This document shows, in pieces, positions 1 through 9,487 of a DNA stretch of 64,000 bases. The position numbers and the translations under genes were made by a program. The stretch spans positions 1 to 64,000 of the forward strand of contig JABHQW010000001.1 of the NCBI GenBank assembly GCA_018696595.1, given 5' to 3'. The notes under the pieces were generated by a model. That model was given only the letters and a program-made list of their open reading frames with translations, was not told where the DNA came from and did no database searches. The DNA comes from Candidatus Woesearchaeota archaeon (GTDB lineage Archaea; Nanobdellota; Nanobdellia; Woesearchaeales; GW2011-AR9). Numbering within the stretch: position 1 is the stretch's first letter; each line of letters starts with the position of its first letter.

Positions 1-108
1 AGCAGGAGCTTCCTCTTCAGCAGGAGCTTCCTCTTCAGCAGGAGCTTCCTCTTCAGCAGGAGCTTCCTCTTCAGCAGGAGCTTCCTCTTCAGCAGGAGTT
101 TCCTCTTC
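1..108. repeat. 18-bp tandem repeat AGCAGGAGCTTCCTCTTC (5 perfect + 1 variant copy visible), encoding EEEAPA on the minus strand
   Basis: Read directly from the sequence. Confidence 0.95.
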
Positions 109-234
109 AGTAGCAGGTTCTTCAGCTGGAGTCTCTTCTTCTGCAGGAGCAGAGTTCCCAGAAGTCTCTTCAGTAGTTTCTTCTGTAGGAGTTTCAGTTT
201 GTTCTTCTTCAGTTACTTTTTGTTCTTCTTCCAT
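1..234 (-). CDS. N-terminal part of an acidic low-complexity protein (MEEEQKVTEE...EEEAPA repeats), truncated by the window edge
   Basis: ATG at 234 with GAGGTG SD upstream; open frame to position 1; not in the ORF track; identity unknown. Confidence 0.7.
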   Translation of the reverse strand, partial: MEEEQKVTEEEQTETPTEETTEETSGNSAPAEEETPAEEPATEEETPAEEEAPAEEEAPAEEEAPAEEEAPAEEEAPA

Positions 235-325
235 TATAATTACACCTCTGTAAATTTTTTATGATTCTAACCAATCTAAAATCATTTAAAAATATTTGTA
301 TTGTGAAAAAGAGAAAGAAAAAAAA

Positions 326-1717
326 TTAATTCTTAAAAAAAGCTTTGTAAAATAAGTAAGCCGAATAAACATCAGCTTTACTGGTAACTTCACAAGGAGA
401 ATGCATCCCTAAGATTGAAGGGCCAGCATCTAAACAATTCATCCCATAACGAGACAGAAACATTGCAATTGTTCCGCCACCACCAAGATCAATCTTTCCT
501 AGTTCTCCAGTTTGCCAAGAGATTTTATTCTTGTCTAATAATCCGCGAATGTATTGCATGTACTCAGCATGAGCATCATGAGTAGAATACTTCCCTCCTC
601 CGCCCCCATACTTCTCAACTGAAACTCCTTTTCCAAGATATGAAGCATTACTAGGGTCATGAACATCTTTGTAATTAGGATTCATCCCAGCAGTTACGTC
701 AGCAGAAACAGCGTTAGAGTTTTCAAATAACCGAGAAACATCCAACTTTAAACCACAAGTAGAAACATAGTCGTAAGCAAAGTTTTGTAGAACAAAACTT
801 GCTGCGCCAGTATCTCCCATAGAACCAATCTCTTCCTTATCAACAAACATTCCAATAGCAGTGTTATTTGGAGTCTTAGTTTCCAACAAAGCCATTAATG
901 AAGTGTAAACACAAACTTTATCATCTTGCCCATAAGCAGCGATTAAAGCACTATCAAAACCAATATCCATCGGATTACTAGCGGGAACTAATTCTAATTC
1001 TGCAATTGCAAAATCTTCTTCAATTAAACCATACTTTTCATTCAGATATTTCAGAACAGTAAACTTAACTTGTTCCTTAATCTTTTCATCCTTTACAGGC
1101 AAATGACCAACAAGAATGTTTAGTTCTTCACCTTCAACAATCTTGTTTGCTTTTCGTTCCATTTGATTCTTTGCTAAATGTGGCAATAAATCAGGAATAA
1201 TAAATTTAGGTTCATTTTCTTTATCTCCAATAGAAATTTTTATTTGCTTACCTGCTTTTGTAAAAGCAACTCCATGTAAAGCTAAAGGAGTATTAACCCA
1301 ATGATATTTCTTAACACCGCCATAATAATGTGTTTTCATTAATCCGAACCCAGAATCTTCGTAAACAGGATGTGGTTTCAGATCTAACCGTGGAGAATCA
1401 ACATGACTACCAATTAATTGCCATTGTTCTTTGTTCTTTCCAACAATCGCTGCAAAGACCGCTTTTCCCCTAACAGATTTGTATAATTTATCACCAGTCT
1501 TAGCTTCTTTAGCTTGACTAATATCTTTGAAACCTGCTTTCTTCAAAACTTTAAGAATATTTTCAACACATAATCGTTCTGTTTTACTTTCTTTCATGAA
1601 ATTTTTGTACCCTTCTGCAAATTTGAATACTTCTTTCTGATTCAAGTCGTGCCAGGATGTTTTTTTATCTAAGAAAATTTTCTTTTGTAACAATTCATTC
1701 TTACTCTTTTTTGTCAT
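326..1717 (-). CDS. M18-family (aspartyl) aminopeptidase
   Basis: Motifs GSHVDSPRL, GQDDKVC, DKEEIGS, SADV, GMHSP. Confidence 0.9.
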   Translation of the reverse strand: MTKKSKNELLQKKIFLDKKTSWHDLNQKEVFKFAEGYKNFMKESKTERLCVENILKVLKKAGFKDISQAKEAKTGDKLYKSVRGKAVFAAIVGKNKEQWQLIGSHVDSPRLDLKPHPVYEDSGFGLMKTHYYGGVKKYHWVNTPLALHGVAFTKAGKQIKISIGDKENEPKFIIPDLLPHLAKNQMERKANKIVEGEELNILVGHLPVKDEKIKEQVKFTVLKYLNEKYGLIEEDFAIAELELVPASNPMDIGFDSALIAAYGQDDKVCVYTSLMALLETKTPNNTAIGMFVDKEEIGSMGDTGAASFVLQNFAYDYVSTCGLKLDVSRLFENSNAVSADVTAGMNPNYKDVHDPSNASYLGKGVSVEKYGGGGGKYSTHDAHAEYMQYIRGLLDKNKISWQTGELGKIDLGGGGTIAMFLSRYGMNCLDAGPSILGMHSPCEVTSKADVYSAYLFYKAFFKN

Positions 1718-1828
1718 AGTGATTCACCTCTGATTATAATAAGTTATATTAAATAATTAGAATATATAAGTGTTTTGATAGAATGAATAGCAGTTACATT
1801 AATATAATAATAAGAAATCCCAACAATT

Positions 1829-2659
1829 ATGAAGAAACTACTCTTTGGAACAGCAGGAATTCCTATCTCAACACCAGATCGTAACACGCTTAACGGAGTT
1901 GAACATGTTAGAACCCTAGGATTGGATTGTATGGAACTAGAGTTTGTTCATTCTGTAAATATTTCTAAAGAAAAAGCACCATTAATCAAAGCAGCTGCAG
2001 AAAAACATAATGTTTTCTTAACTTGCCATGGCCAATATTTTATCAATCTAAGTTCTCTTGAAGTTGAAAAGATTGAAGCAAGTAAACAAAGAATCCTAAA
2101 TGCGGCCAGAATCGCTAATCTTTGTGGAGCTAAATCTATGACTTTCCATGCCGGTTTCTATATGAAACAAGATCCAGAAGAAGTTTACCAGAAAATCAAA
2201 AAAGGAGTTAAAGAAGTTGTTGAGATATTAAAGAAAGAGAAGAACCCCATTTTAATTAGACCAGAAACAACAGGTAAAGCCACTCAATGGGGAACTGTTG
2301 AAGAGATTGTCAGATTGTCAAAAGAGGTTGACCAAGTTTTGCCTTGTATTGATTTCTCTCATGTTTATGCAAGAAGTATTGGAAAGATTAATTCTTTAGA
2401 TGATTTCCGTCAAATATTAAAGTTGATTGAGAAAGAATTAGGAAGGAAAGTTTTAGACAATATGCACATTCATCTTTCTGGGATTTATCATGGAGAGAAA
2501 GGGGAAAGACATCACTTAACTTTAAAAGAATCTGATTTTAATTATTCTGCGGTTTTAAAAGCTTTGAAAGAATTTGATTGTAAAGGCATAGTTATTTCTG
2601 AAAGCCCAGTTATTGAAAAAGATGCTTTGTTATTGCAAAAAGAGTTCAATTCTTTGTAA
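1829..2659 (+). CDS. nfo: Endonuclease IV / AP endonuclease 2 TIM-barrel protein
   Basis: Metal-ligand motifs CHGQY, TFHAG, RPETTG, CIDFSH, HIHLSG, ISES. Confidence 0.85.
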   Translation: MKKLLFGTAGIPISTPDRNTLNGVEHVRTLGLDCMELEFVHSVNISKEKAPLIKAAAEKHNVFLTCHGQYFINLSSLEVEKIEASKQRILNAARIANLCGAKSMTFHAGFYMKQDPEEVYQKIKKGVKEVVEILKKEKNPILIRPETTGKATQWGTVEEIVRLSKEVDQVLPCIDFSHVYARSIGKINSLDDFRQILKLIEKELGRKVLDNMHIHLSGIYHGEKGERHHLTLKESDFNYSAVLKALKEFDCKGIVISESPVIEKDALLLQKEFNSL

Positions 2660-2770
2660 TAAAAATAAGCAACTTTACGAGTAATATTATCAATTAAACA
2701 TAAGTCTGCAGGATTGGATAAAGCCAATTTCTCCTAAAAATTTATAAACAAAAAGAAACTACATTTACAT

Positions 2771-3400
2771 ATGCCTGCACAGTACTTCGAAAAAGATCAG
2801 CTGATTGAAATCTTTCCAGATTTTCAACCAATGAGAGTTAAGTACAAAGACGTCTTTGATATGAAGGCATTCTATGAAGCATTACATGAATGGTTATTAG
2901 AAAATAAATGGGAAGATAAAGAGGACCATTTAGATCATTGGGAAAATTTTTACGGAGAAAGAATTTCTCAAGGTGGCGCTAGAGAAATATGGATTCAATG
3001 GCGACCATGGAAAAGCCCAGGAGATGTTGGCGATTCAAAATTAGCTTATTATATGGATCTTGATTTTCATTGCATTGCGCTTACTACTACAGAAATTGTT
3101 CGTAATGGTCAAAAGATGAAAATTAACAAAGGAGAAGTAGAATTAAAGATAAGAGCCTATATTGAAAAAACATATGTTAGCGAATGGAAAGATCATTGGT
3201 TCTTAAAACATTTCATTGATTTATTCACTAAGAGAATTTATCATGAAACTCTTAAGCGTAGACAAAAAGAATTATATCAACAATCTTATGAATTCCAGAA
3301 CTTCATTAAGCAATGGTTTAAGTTAAAGCGTTACTTACCATACGAAGAAGCAGGTAATTTCTTCACTTCAGAAGCGTATCCTAGTCATCTGAAGGAATAA
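2771..3400 (+). CDS. Hypothetical protein (aromatic-rich)
   Basis: 209-aa ORF with an upstream TATA-like TTTATAAA; no motif recognised. Confidence 0.75.
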   Translation: MPAQYFEKDQLIEIFPDFQPMRVKYKDVFDMKAFYEALHEWLLENKWEDKEDHLDHWENFYGERISQGGAREIWIQWRPWKSPGDVGDSKLAYYMDLDFHCIALTTTEIVRNGQKMKINKGEVELKIRAYIEKTYVSEWKDHWFLKHFIDLFTKRIYHETLKRRQKELYQQSYEFQNFIKQWFKLKRYLPYEEAGNFFTSEAYPSHLKE

Positions 3401-3433
3401 AGTTTTTAAATTCTAGCTATTATGAGATAAATA

Positions 3434-4417
3434 ATGGCACTTTACAAAGTAATAGAAGGACAATCAGAAAACATGCAATGTCAAGCTTGTGTTAGAGAAT
3501 GTTACATTGCCCCAGATAAAACGGGTTTTTGTGGTAACCGTAAAAATACGGTTCAAAGGATTGAAGATTGTATACCAAATAATATTGTTGTAATTGATAC
3601 AAATGGGGTCCTGGGAGATAAACCAATTAAATATTTTGTTAAAGATGAGAATATTGTTTCTTGCTGCACCCCTGTTCTTTCTGTTGGAGGTTATAATTGT
3701 AATTTAGATTGCCAAGAATGCCCCAATGAATCAATGTCACATCCCCATGAGAAAGATGTGGGTTCTACAGAATACTTTTCTCCTGAGATGGTAATTGAAA
3801 TGGCAAAAAAGCAAGGTTTAGGATTTATTGCTTTAACTTATAATGAACCCGTGCCGTTTGTTGATACAACAATGGAACTAACGAGATTAGCTAGTCAAGC
3901 AGGAATTGAAACCATCTTAGTAACAAATAGTACTTGTACTACAGAGTTTCTTGATTTGTATCAAGAGAGTGGAGGCAAGATTGTTAGAATGGACTTAAAG
4001 GCTTCTTTAAGTTCTGGAAATAATTTTTATGAAAAGTATTGTAATTTAAAAGTTGTTGAAGAAGGAGAAGTAGTTACTATCGATAAAATTTTAGAGAGTA
4101 TTAAACATGCAAAAGAGATCGGATTACATTTAGAGTTGATGAGTGCAATCACTCCTTTTGATTATGTCCCCAGCAATTTTCCAAACGAAGAAGAATTCCA
4201 AAAAACTGCAAGATGGATTTTAGGAAACTTAGGTGCAGAAACTCCTTGGCATTTAGCTTTGTTTAGAACTAAAGGAAAAAATGTTGATATTGGTGCTAAT
4301 TTATCTAGGGTAAGAGATTATGTTCAGTTAGCAAAAAGTGTAGGATTAACAAGAGTTGGTTTAGTTGAAAAGATGTGTGATTGTCTTGAAATGGAAGAGT
4401 TTGAAGAAAAGGAATAA
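3434..4417 (+). CDS. Radical SAM enzyme, AmmeMemoRadiSam/PflA-like
   Basis: N-terminal CxxCxxxC...GFCGxR, CNLDCQEC (CxxxCxxC), TYNEP, DLKA, PWHL. Confidence 0.8.
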   Translation: MALYKVIEGQSENMQCQACVRECYIAPDKTGFCGNRKNTVQRIEDCIPNNIVVIDTNGVLGDKPIKYFVKDENIVSCCTPVLSVGGYNCNLDCQECPNESMSHPHEKDVGSTEYFSPEMVIEMAKKQGLGFIALTYNEPVPFVDTTMELTRLASQAGIETILVTNSTCTTEFLDLYQESGGKIVRMDLKASLSSGNNFYEKYCNLKVVEEGEVVTIDKILESIKHAKEIGLHLELMSAITPFDYVPSNFPNEEEFQKTARWILGNLGAETPWHLALFRTKGKNVDIGANLSRVRDYVQLAKSVGLTRVGLVEKMCDCLEMEEFEEKE

Positions 4418-4475
4418 AGTAGTTACGATTTTTCTCTAGAAATATTTATATAACTATTACAATTAGCTTGTTCTT

Positions 4476-6053
4476 ATGACAAAAGAAAAGAAAGAAAAGA
4501 GATCTTATCATTGGACAGACATTGCCGCAGAGAATATTATCCGCGAGAAAGGTGATAAAGAGAATTACGTTTTAGCTGCTGGTATTACTCCAAGCGGTGT
4601 GGTTCACGTAGGAAATTTTAGAGAAATGATCACTGTTGATTTAGTTAAACGGGCTTTAGAAAAGAAAGGTAAAAAAGTTCGTTTCCTTTATTCTTGGGAT
4701 GATTATGATGTGTTTAGGAAAGTTCCAAGTAATATGCCTAATCAAGAAATGTTAGAAAATCATCTGCGGAAAGCCATTGTTGATGTTCCAGATCCATTTG
4801 ACAAAGAAGATAGTTATGCTAGAAATAATGAGATAGCAGTTGAAAAAGATATTGCTAAAGTAGGAATTAAACCAGAATTTGTTTATCAAGCTAAGATGTA
4901 CCGTGCAGGTAAATATACTGAAGAAATAAAGACTGCGTTAGAAAATACAAATAAAATAAAGGAAATTTTAAACAAGTATAGGGAACATCCGCTTGAAAAA
5001 GAATGGTTACCAATCTCAATTTTCTGTGAAAGTTGTAATAAAGATACAATCAAGAAATTAGAATGGCGAGGAGATTATACCATCTATTACAAATGTGAAT
5101 GTAATTTTGAAGATGAATTTAATTTTGATAAAAAACCAGGCGTAAAGTTAAAATGGCGTATTGATTGGCCAATGCGTTGGCATTACGAAAATGTTGACTT
5201 TGAACCAGGCGGAAAAGATCATTCAGCTTCTGGGGGAAGTTTTGATACTGGTAAACAAATTTGTAAAGAAGTTTATGGTTCTGAAGCGCCATCATATATC
5301 ATGTATGAATGGATTGGCATTAAAGGTAAAGGACAATTTGCTTCTTCTTCTGGAAATGTTATTACTGTTAACGAACTCTTGGAGGTTTATGAACCAGAAA
5401 TAGTTAGATACCTTTTTGCTGGGACTCGACCAAATAGAGAATTTCAAATTTCGTTTGATACTGATGTTCTTGCTCTTTACGAGGAGTTTGATAAAGTTGA
5501 AAGAATTTATTTTGGATTGGAAGATATTAATGAAAAAGAGAATAGTAAAGCTAAATCCGCCTATGAATTAAGTTATATTGGAGATATTCCAAAAACAATC
5601 CCATACCAACCAAGTTTTAGACATTTGACTACGATGTTACAAATTTACAATTTTGATATTAACAAAGTTATTGGTTATTTTGAAAATGAATTGAAGAATG
5701 AGCATGATAAAAAACGGATAAGAGTAAGAGCAGAATGTGCAGAAAACTGGGTTAAGAAATTCGCACCAGAAGATTTTAGATTTCAGGTACAAGATAAGTG
5801 TCAAATAACTTTAGTTGATAAAGAAAAAGAGATCTTGCATCAAGTTGCTGATAAATTGTCTGAGAAAGATTGGACAGATAAAGAGTTACATGAAGAAATG
5901 TATATCTTAGTTAAAAATAACGATTTTCCTGTAGGGGACTTCTTTAAATTAGCTTATCGGGTTTTAGTTAACAAAGATAAAGGCCCAAGATTAGCTAGTT
6001 TCATTCTTGAAATTGGGAAAGAGAAAGTTGCTGAACTGTTTAAGGGTGTATAA
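4476..6053 (+). CDS. lysS: Lysyl-tRNA synthetase, class I
   Basis: GITPSGVVHVGNFRE, WRIDWPMRW, EPGGKDH, GPRLASFI. Confidence 0.97.
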   Translation: MTKEKKEKRSYHWTDIAAENIIREKGDKENYVLAAGITPSGVVHVGNFREMITVDLVKRALEKKGKKVRFLYSWDDYDVFRKVPSNMPNQEMLENHLRKAIVDVPDPFDKEDSYARNNEIAVEKDIAKVGIKPEFVYQAKMYRAGKYTEEIKTALENTNKIKEILNKYREHPLEKEWLPISIFCESCNKDTIKKLEWRGDYTIYYKCECNFEDEFNFDKKPGVKLKWRIDWPMRWHYENVDFEPGGKDHSASGGSFDTGKQICKEVYGSEAPSYIMYEWIGIKGKGQFASSSGNVITVNELLEVYEPEIVRYLFAGTRPNREFQISFDTDVLALYEEFDKVERIYFGLEDINEKENSKAKSAYELSYIGDIPKTIPYQPSFRHLTTMLQIYNFDINKVIGYFENELKNEHDKKRIRVRAECAENWVKKFAPEDFRFQVQDKCQITLVDKEKEILHQVADKLSEKDWTDKELHEEMYILVKNNDFPVGDFFKLAYRVLVNKDKGPRLASFILEIGKEKVAELFKGV

Positions 6054-6094
6054 AAACCGAAGATTTTAAAAACCATAAAAAAAACATTATTACT

Positions 6095-6469
6095 ATGGTG
6101 ATAGCTGATACTGCTTTACAAGCAGCTCCGGGAATAACAGAAGGGATTCAACCATTGATAGATTTCTTTCAACCAATATTTGTTAAAGCTAGTTTGGTAG
6201 TAGGTGGTATTTTTGGAATTTATTTATTATTACTAATTTCTAGAGTTTATTATGAAAAGAAGAAAGTTAAACTTCTAAAAGACATCAGATTTAATTTAGA
6301 TCAGTTAAACATTTATCATGGCATTAAAACACATAAACAAAAAAAGGGAATGTTCGTTGGATTGTTTGATTTACTGAAAAGAAAAAGAAGGGAAAAGAAA
6401 GTTGCTAAAGAGTTCTCTAATGATGTTGAGGAAGAACCTAAAAAAAAGAGTAAGAAGAAGAAAAAATGA
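6095..6469 (+). CDS. Hypothetical membrane protein with basic C-terminal tail
   Basis: One hydrophobic segment followed by a Lys-rich tail. Confidence 0.7.
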   Translation: MVIADTALQAAPGITEGIQPLIDFFQPIFVKASLVVGGIFGIYLLLLISRVYYEKKKVKLLKDIRFNLDQLNIYHGIKTHKQKKGMFVGLFDLLKRKRREKKVAKEFSNDVEEEPKKKSKKKKK

Positions 6470-7152
6470 AGATTACTGTTAAAAAAAGTGTTTTCAAGAA
6501 ATATTCTAAATTAAAGATTGCTTTTGTTTTCGTAGAAGGGATTAATAATAGCATGAAACTAGAAGAATCTAAACATTTACTTAAAGAAACTGAACAATTG
6601 ATTGGATTTACTTTTAACAAAGATACAGCTAAAACACATCTACTTATTTCTCCTTGGAAAACTGCTCAAGAAGAATTTGGCAAAGAAGCTAAACATTATC
6701 AGACTTCTGTAGAAAGGTTGATTAAGGCGGTTATTAAAGGTAAGACAACTGCCACGGGAAATGTTGTTGGTAATTTATCTAGATACTTAGCTTTGAAACA
6801 TATTGTTCCTTTCGGTGTTGATAATTTTGATAAAATCAAAGGAGATTTAAATTTTGATTTAGCAACAGGAAGAGAGAAAGTAGGAGTTTTGAGAAATCTT
6901 AAGAAAGGAGCATTGTATTACAAAGATGAAAAAAGAATCTTAGGAACAAAATTAGATTATTGGAAATCAAAAAAAACGGTTTTAGATAAAAAAAGCAAAT
7001 CTGCTTTGATTCATTTTGAGATTCTTCCGCCAGTTAATGGTAAGAAATTGGGCGAGTTACTTAAAGAAACTAAAGATTTAGTTAAAACCTTTTGTAATGG
7101 TAAAGTTAGTTCTTTTGTATTAGATGAGAATAATAAAGTTAAGAAAATCTAA
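6466..7152 (+). CDS. Stand-alone B3/B4 (PheRS-beta editing-like) domain protein
   Basis: Pattern PW..A..EFG......SVERL, LKHIVPFGVDNFDKIKGDL; overlaps the upstream stop codon. Confidence 0.75.
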   Translation: MKITVKKSVFKKYSKLKIAFVFVEGINNSMKLEESKHLLKETEQLIGFTFNKDTAKTHLLISPWKTAQEEFGKEAKHYQTSVERLIKAVIKGKTTATGNVVGNLSRYLALKHIVPFGVDNFDKIKGDLNFDLATGREKVGVLRNLKKGALYYKDEKRILGTKLDYWKSKKTVLDKKSKSALIHFEILPPVNGKKLGELLKETKDLVKTFCNGKVSSFVLDENNKVKKI

Positions 7153-7189
7153 AAAATAAAAAAATAAGTTGGTTTCCCAACTATTTGAT

Positions 7190-7567
7190 TTACTCTCCTG
7201 TCAACAAATCCTTAATCTGGTCATAATATTGGATAGCTTCCCCAACAGTTAATGCACCAGAACAAATCATTCCTGGAGCATTTGCTTCGTAAGCAGTTTG
7301 GAAAACCCTAACAAGATGTTTATTTTGACCAAATCGATCAAGGTATTGTTCAATAACTTCACCCATGCTCATACCAGTTTCCTGCAAGGTTCTCATGTAA
7401 CTCTTTATGGTCATCAACATAAACCCATATTCAGCATCTCTTAGGAACTGTTCTGAACCATCATTTACAACTCCAATTCTAGTTCCAAATCTTTCCATTC
7501 CTTCTGGAGGTTCATGGTCCTGAAATCCTTCTAACCTTTCTTCAAGTTCTGTTATTCTTTCCGTCAT
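7190..7567 (-). CDS. Hypothetical protein
   Basis: 125-aa ORF with a strong GGGGGTGA SD. Confidence 0.75.
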   Translation of the reverse strand: MTERITELEERLEGFQDHEPPEGMERFGTRIGVVNDGSEQFLRDAEYGFMLMTIKSYMRTLQETGMSMGEVIEQYLDRFGQNKHLVRVFQTAYEANAPGMICSGALTVGEAIQYYDQIKDLLTGE

Positions 7568-7595
7568 TTTTTTTCACCCCCTGTATGTTATATTG
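7564..7595 (-). repeat. Copy 1 of a ~31-bp gene-leader repeat (minus strand CAATATAACATACAGGGGGTGAAAAAAAATGA)
   Basis: Identical to 8311-8341 apart from one A in the A-run. Confidence 0.9.
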
Positions 7596-7609
7596 CTTTT
7601 TTTTATTTC

Positions 7610-8314
7610 TTACAATTTCTCGTAAGCCTTTGTTAATTCTGCAGCAAGCAATCTTGCAATGTATCCTGGATCTTTTCTCAACTCTCTGCTGATTTCTATC
7701 TGTATTGAGTGGTCTTTTTTTCCAACATGGTATTGTGTTCCAGTAGTCTCTTCCCAAGCAGGAAAGACTTTTCCCATTTTAGCAGTTCTTCCTTTTTCAG
7801 ATCTCAAGGCATCATCTAAACTTAATCGCATTTGCCGAGTCATTTCAATGTTGGTTGTAACTCTTCCCTTGCTTCTGGTTCCGTCTTCTTTTACAGCTTC
7901 TGGATGAAATGTTGCTCCTTGGTACTTCTTCCTTTTTTGTCTCCATTTTACTCCAATTCCAAGGTCTACACCCAAATCTCCTCGATCTTCCATTCCATGA
8001 ATATAAACAACCAAAGCATGTTCTTTGCCATCATGTTCTTTTACTGAGTACCCTCTCGCTTCTTCTGCAGATTGACTTATATCTGCATAGAATCGTTGCT
8101 TTCTTTGATCTGTAGATAAATCAGATATGTCGTTCAAGTTGCAGGACTTTCTTCTATGTTTTGTGTTCACTACCGCTGCTGAATCCATGATCCTAGCAAC
8201 TTCTTCTGCAACAAGATCAGTAAGTTCATCATCACCTGCACCATGTGGAGCAACGATTACAAACTTACTTTCTCCTGTCCTTCTCCAACCGTATTGTGTT
8301 TCTGTTCTTTTCAT
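7610..8314 (-). CDS. Metallo-amidohydrolase-like protein (poly-gamma-glutamate hydrolase / N-formylglutamate amidohydrolase-like)
   Basis: VIVAPHG, YIHG, QIEISRELR motif spacing; start reassigned to ATG 8314 after the SD. Confidence 0.45.
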   Translation of the reverse strand: MKRTETQYGWRRTGESKFVIVAPHGAGDDELTDLVAEEVARIMDSAAVVNTKHRRKSCNLNDISDLSTDQRKQRFYADISQSAEEARGYSVKEHDGKEHALVVYIHGMEDRGDLGVDLGIGVKWRQKRKKYQGATFHPEAVKEDGTRSKGRVTTNIEMTRQMRLSLDDALRSEKGRTAKMGKVFPAWEETTGTQYHVGKKDHSIQIEISRELRKDPGYIARLLAAELTKAYEKL

Positions 8315-8341
8315 TTTTTTCACCCCCTGTATGTTATATTG
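8311..8341 (-). repeat. Copy 2 of the ~31-bp gene-leader repeat
   Basis: See 7564-7595; a shorter copy (SD + A-run + ATG) lies at 9346-9362. Confidence 0.9.
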
Positions 8342-8382
8342 TTTTTGTGTTGTTTTTAAAAAAATAAAAAATATCTTTGAAG

Positions 8383-9348
8383 TTATTCTTCAAAGATTTC
8401 AGTTATGGTCTTTCTATGTCTTTCTTTGCAATCCATGGCAGCTCTTATTCTTGGTAACCATACTTCTGCAAGTTGTTCTGTTGCTGCTTGAGAAGCATGT
8501 AAAGAGTAACCTGAAGTTTCAGATCTTGCGTAAACTGTATCTGGAACTCTTCTTGCATCTGCCCATGGACGACCCCATTCCGGATCAATCTCTCCCCGAA
8601 TTGCAAAAGTTGCTTCACCACTCTTTCCATGATAGACACTTCTTTTAGAAAGATAGAAGTCGTGTTCTGCTGCAAACTTTTTCAGTTCTTCAACCATTTC
8701 TCCATCTGAAAAAGGCATCTTTAAATCTGCTCTTGCATGACCTATTACTGTTCCTCTTGGAGAAACATAAAAAGCGCCGGTTACTGGCTGGTGCATTAAC
8801 GACATACTCCCTTCATCATCTTTTCCTTTAGGTTTTCCATGGCTGTACCAACTCAGATCACTAAAAGCCTTAATTCTTCCATCTATGAGAGCACTTTCAA
8901 TTGCAGCTAAACCAAGATACTGGTCTTGAACTACTCTTTCAACAATTGGAATGCCAGTCAAAACTGAATATATTTCACGGCCTCCAATTCTGCAAGGATC
9001 GGTGTAATCGCCACCCAGACTAAAGATAGTTCCCAAGGACCTAGATAATGTGCCATATTGTTCGCCTCTTGTTAAGTCATCTATAATCCCATCAATACTA
9101 CTGGAATGAACATCTACAACAATTTTTCCTGATTGTCTTGCATAAGATTCAAAACCCTCACAACCCGACGCACCAACAAGTTTTGTTTTAGATTTTTGTA
9201 CCAAACCAATAAGAGCTACTGCCATCTCATCTCCAAGATCACAACTACAAACACTACCTCCATCGTAGATAGCAACAGGTCTGTCTTCTCTCAATGCAGA
9301 GATAAATCCCATCAAAGTTTTGTGTTTCTCTATTTCTTTTTTTTCCAT
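8383..9348 (-). CDS. Hypothetical protein
   Basis: Long ORF; start reassigned to ATG 9348 after the GGGGGTGA SD. Confidence 0.75.
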   Translation of the reverse strand: MEKKEIEKHKTLMGFISALREDRPVAIYDGGSVCSCDLGDEMAVALIGLVQKSKTKLVGASGCEGFESYARQSGKIVVDVHSSSIDGIIDDLTRGEQYGTLSRSLGTIFSLGGDYTDPCRIGGREIYSVLTGIPIVERVVQDQYLGLAAIESALIDGRIKAFSDLSWYSHGKPKGKDDEGSMSLMHQPVTGAFYVSPRGTVIGHARADLKMPFSDGEMVEELKKFAAEHDFYLSKRSVYHGKSGEATFAIRGEIDPEWGRPWADARRVPDTVYARSETSGYSLHASQAATEQLAEVWLPRIRAAMDCKERHRKTITEIFEE

Positions 9349-9487
9349 TTTTTTCACCCCCTTCACACTTTGCTTCATTGCGTCGTGCTTATTTATTACA
9401 TTTTAGTAGTGACACAATAGTTATTTAAAACTTTGTTGTAAGGAAACTGACGAAAGATTTAAATAAGAACAAAGTCTAAAATTAAAT

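Noticed and set aside
1-108. 18-bp repeats as a CRISPR array
   Set aside because: The units are contiguous with no spacers and in frame with a coding sequence; no cas genes seen.
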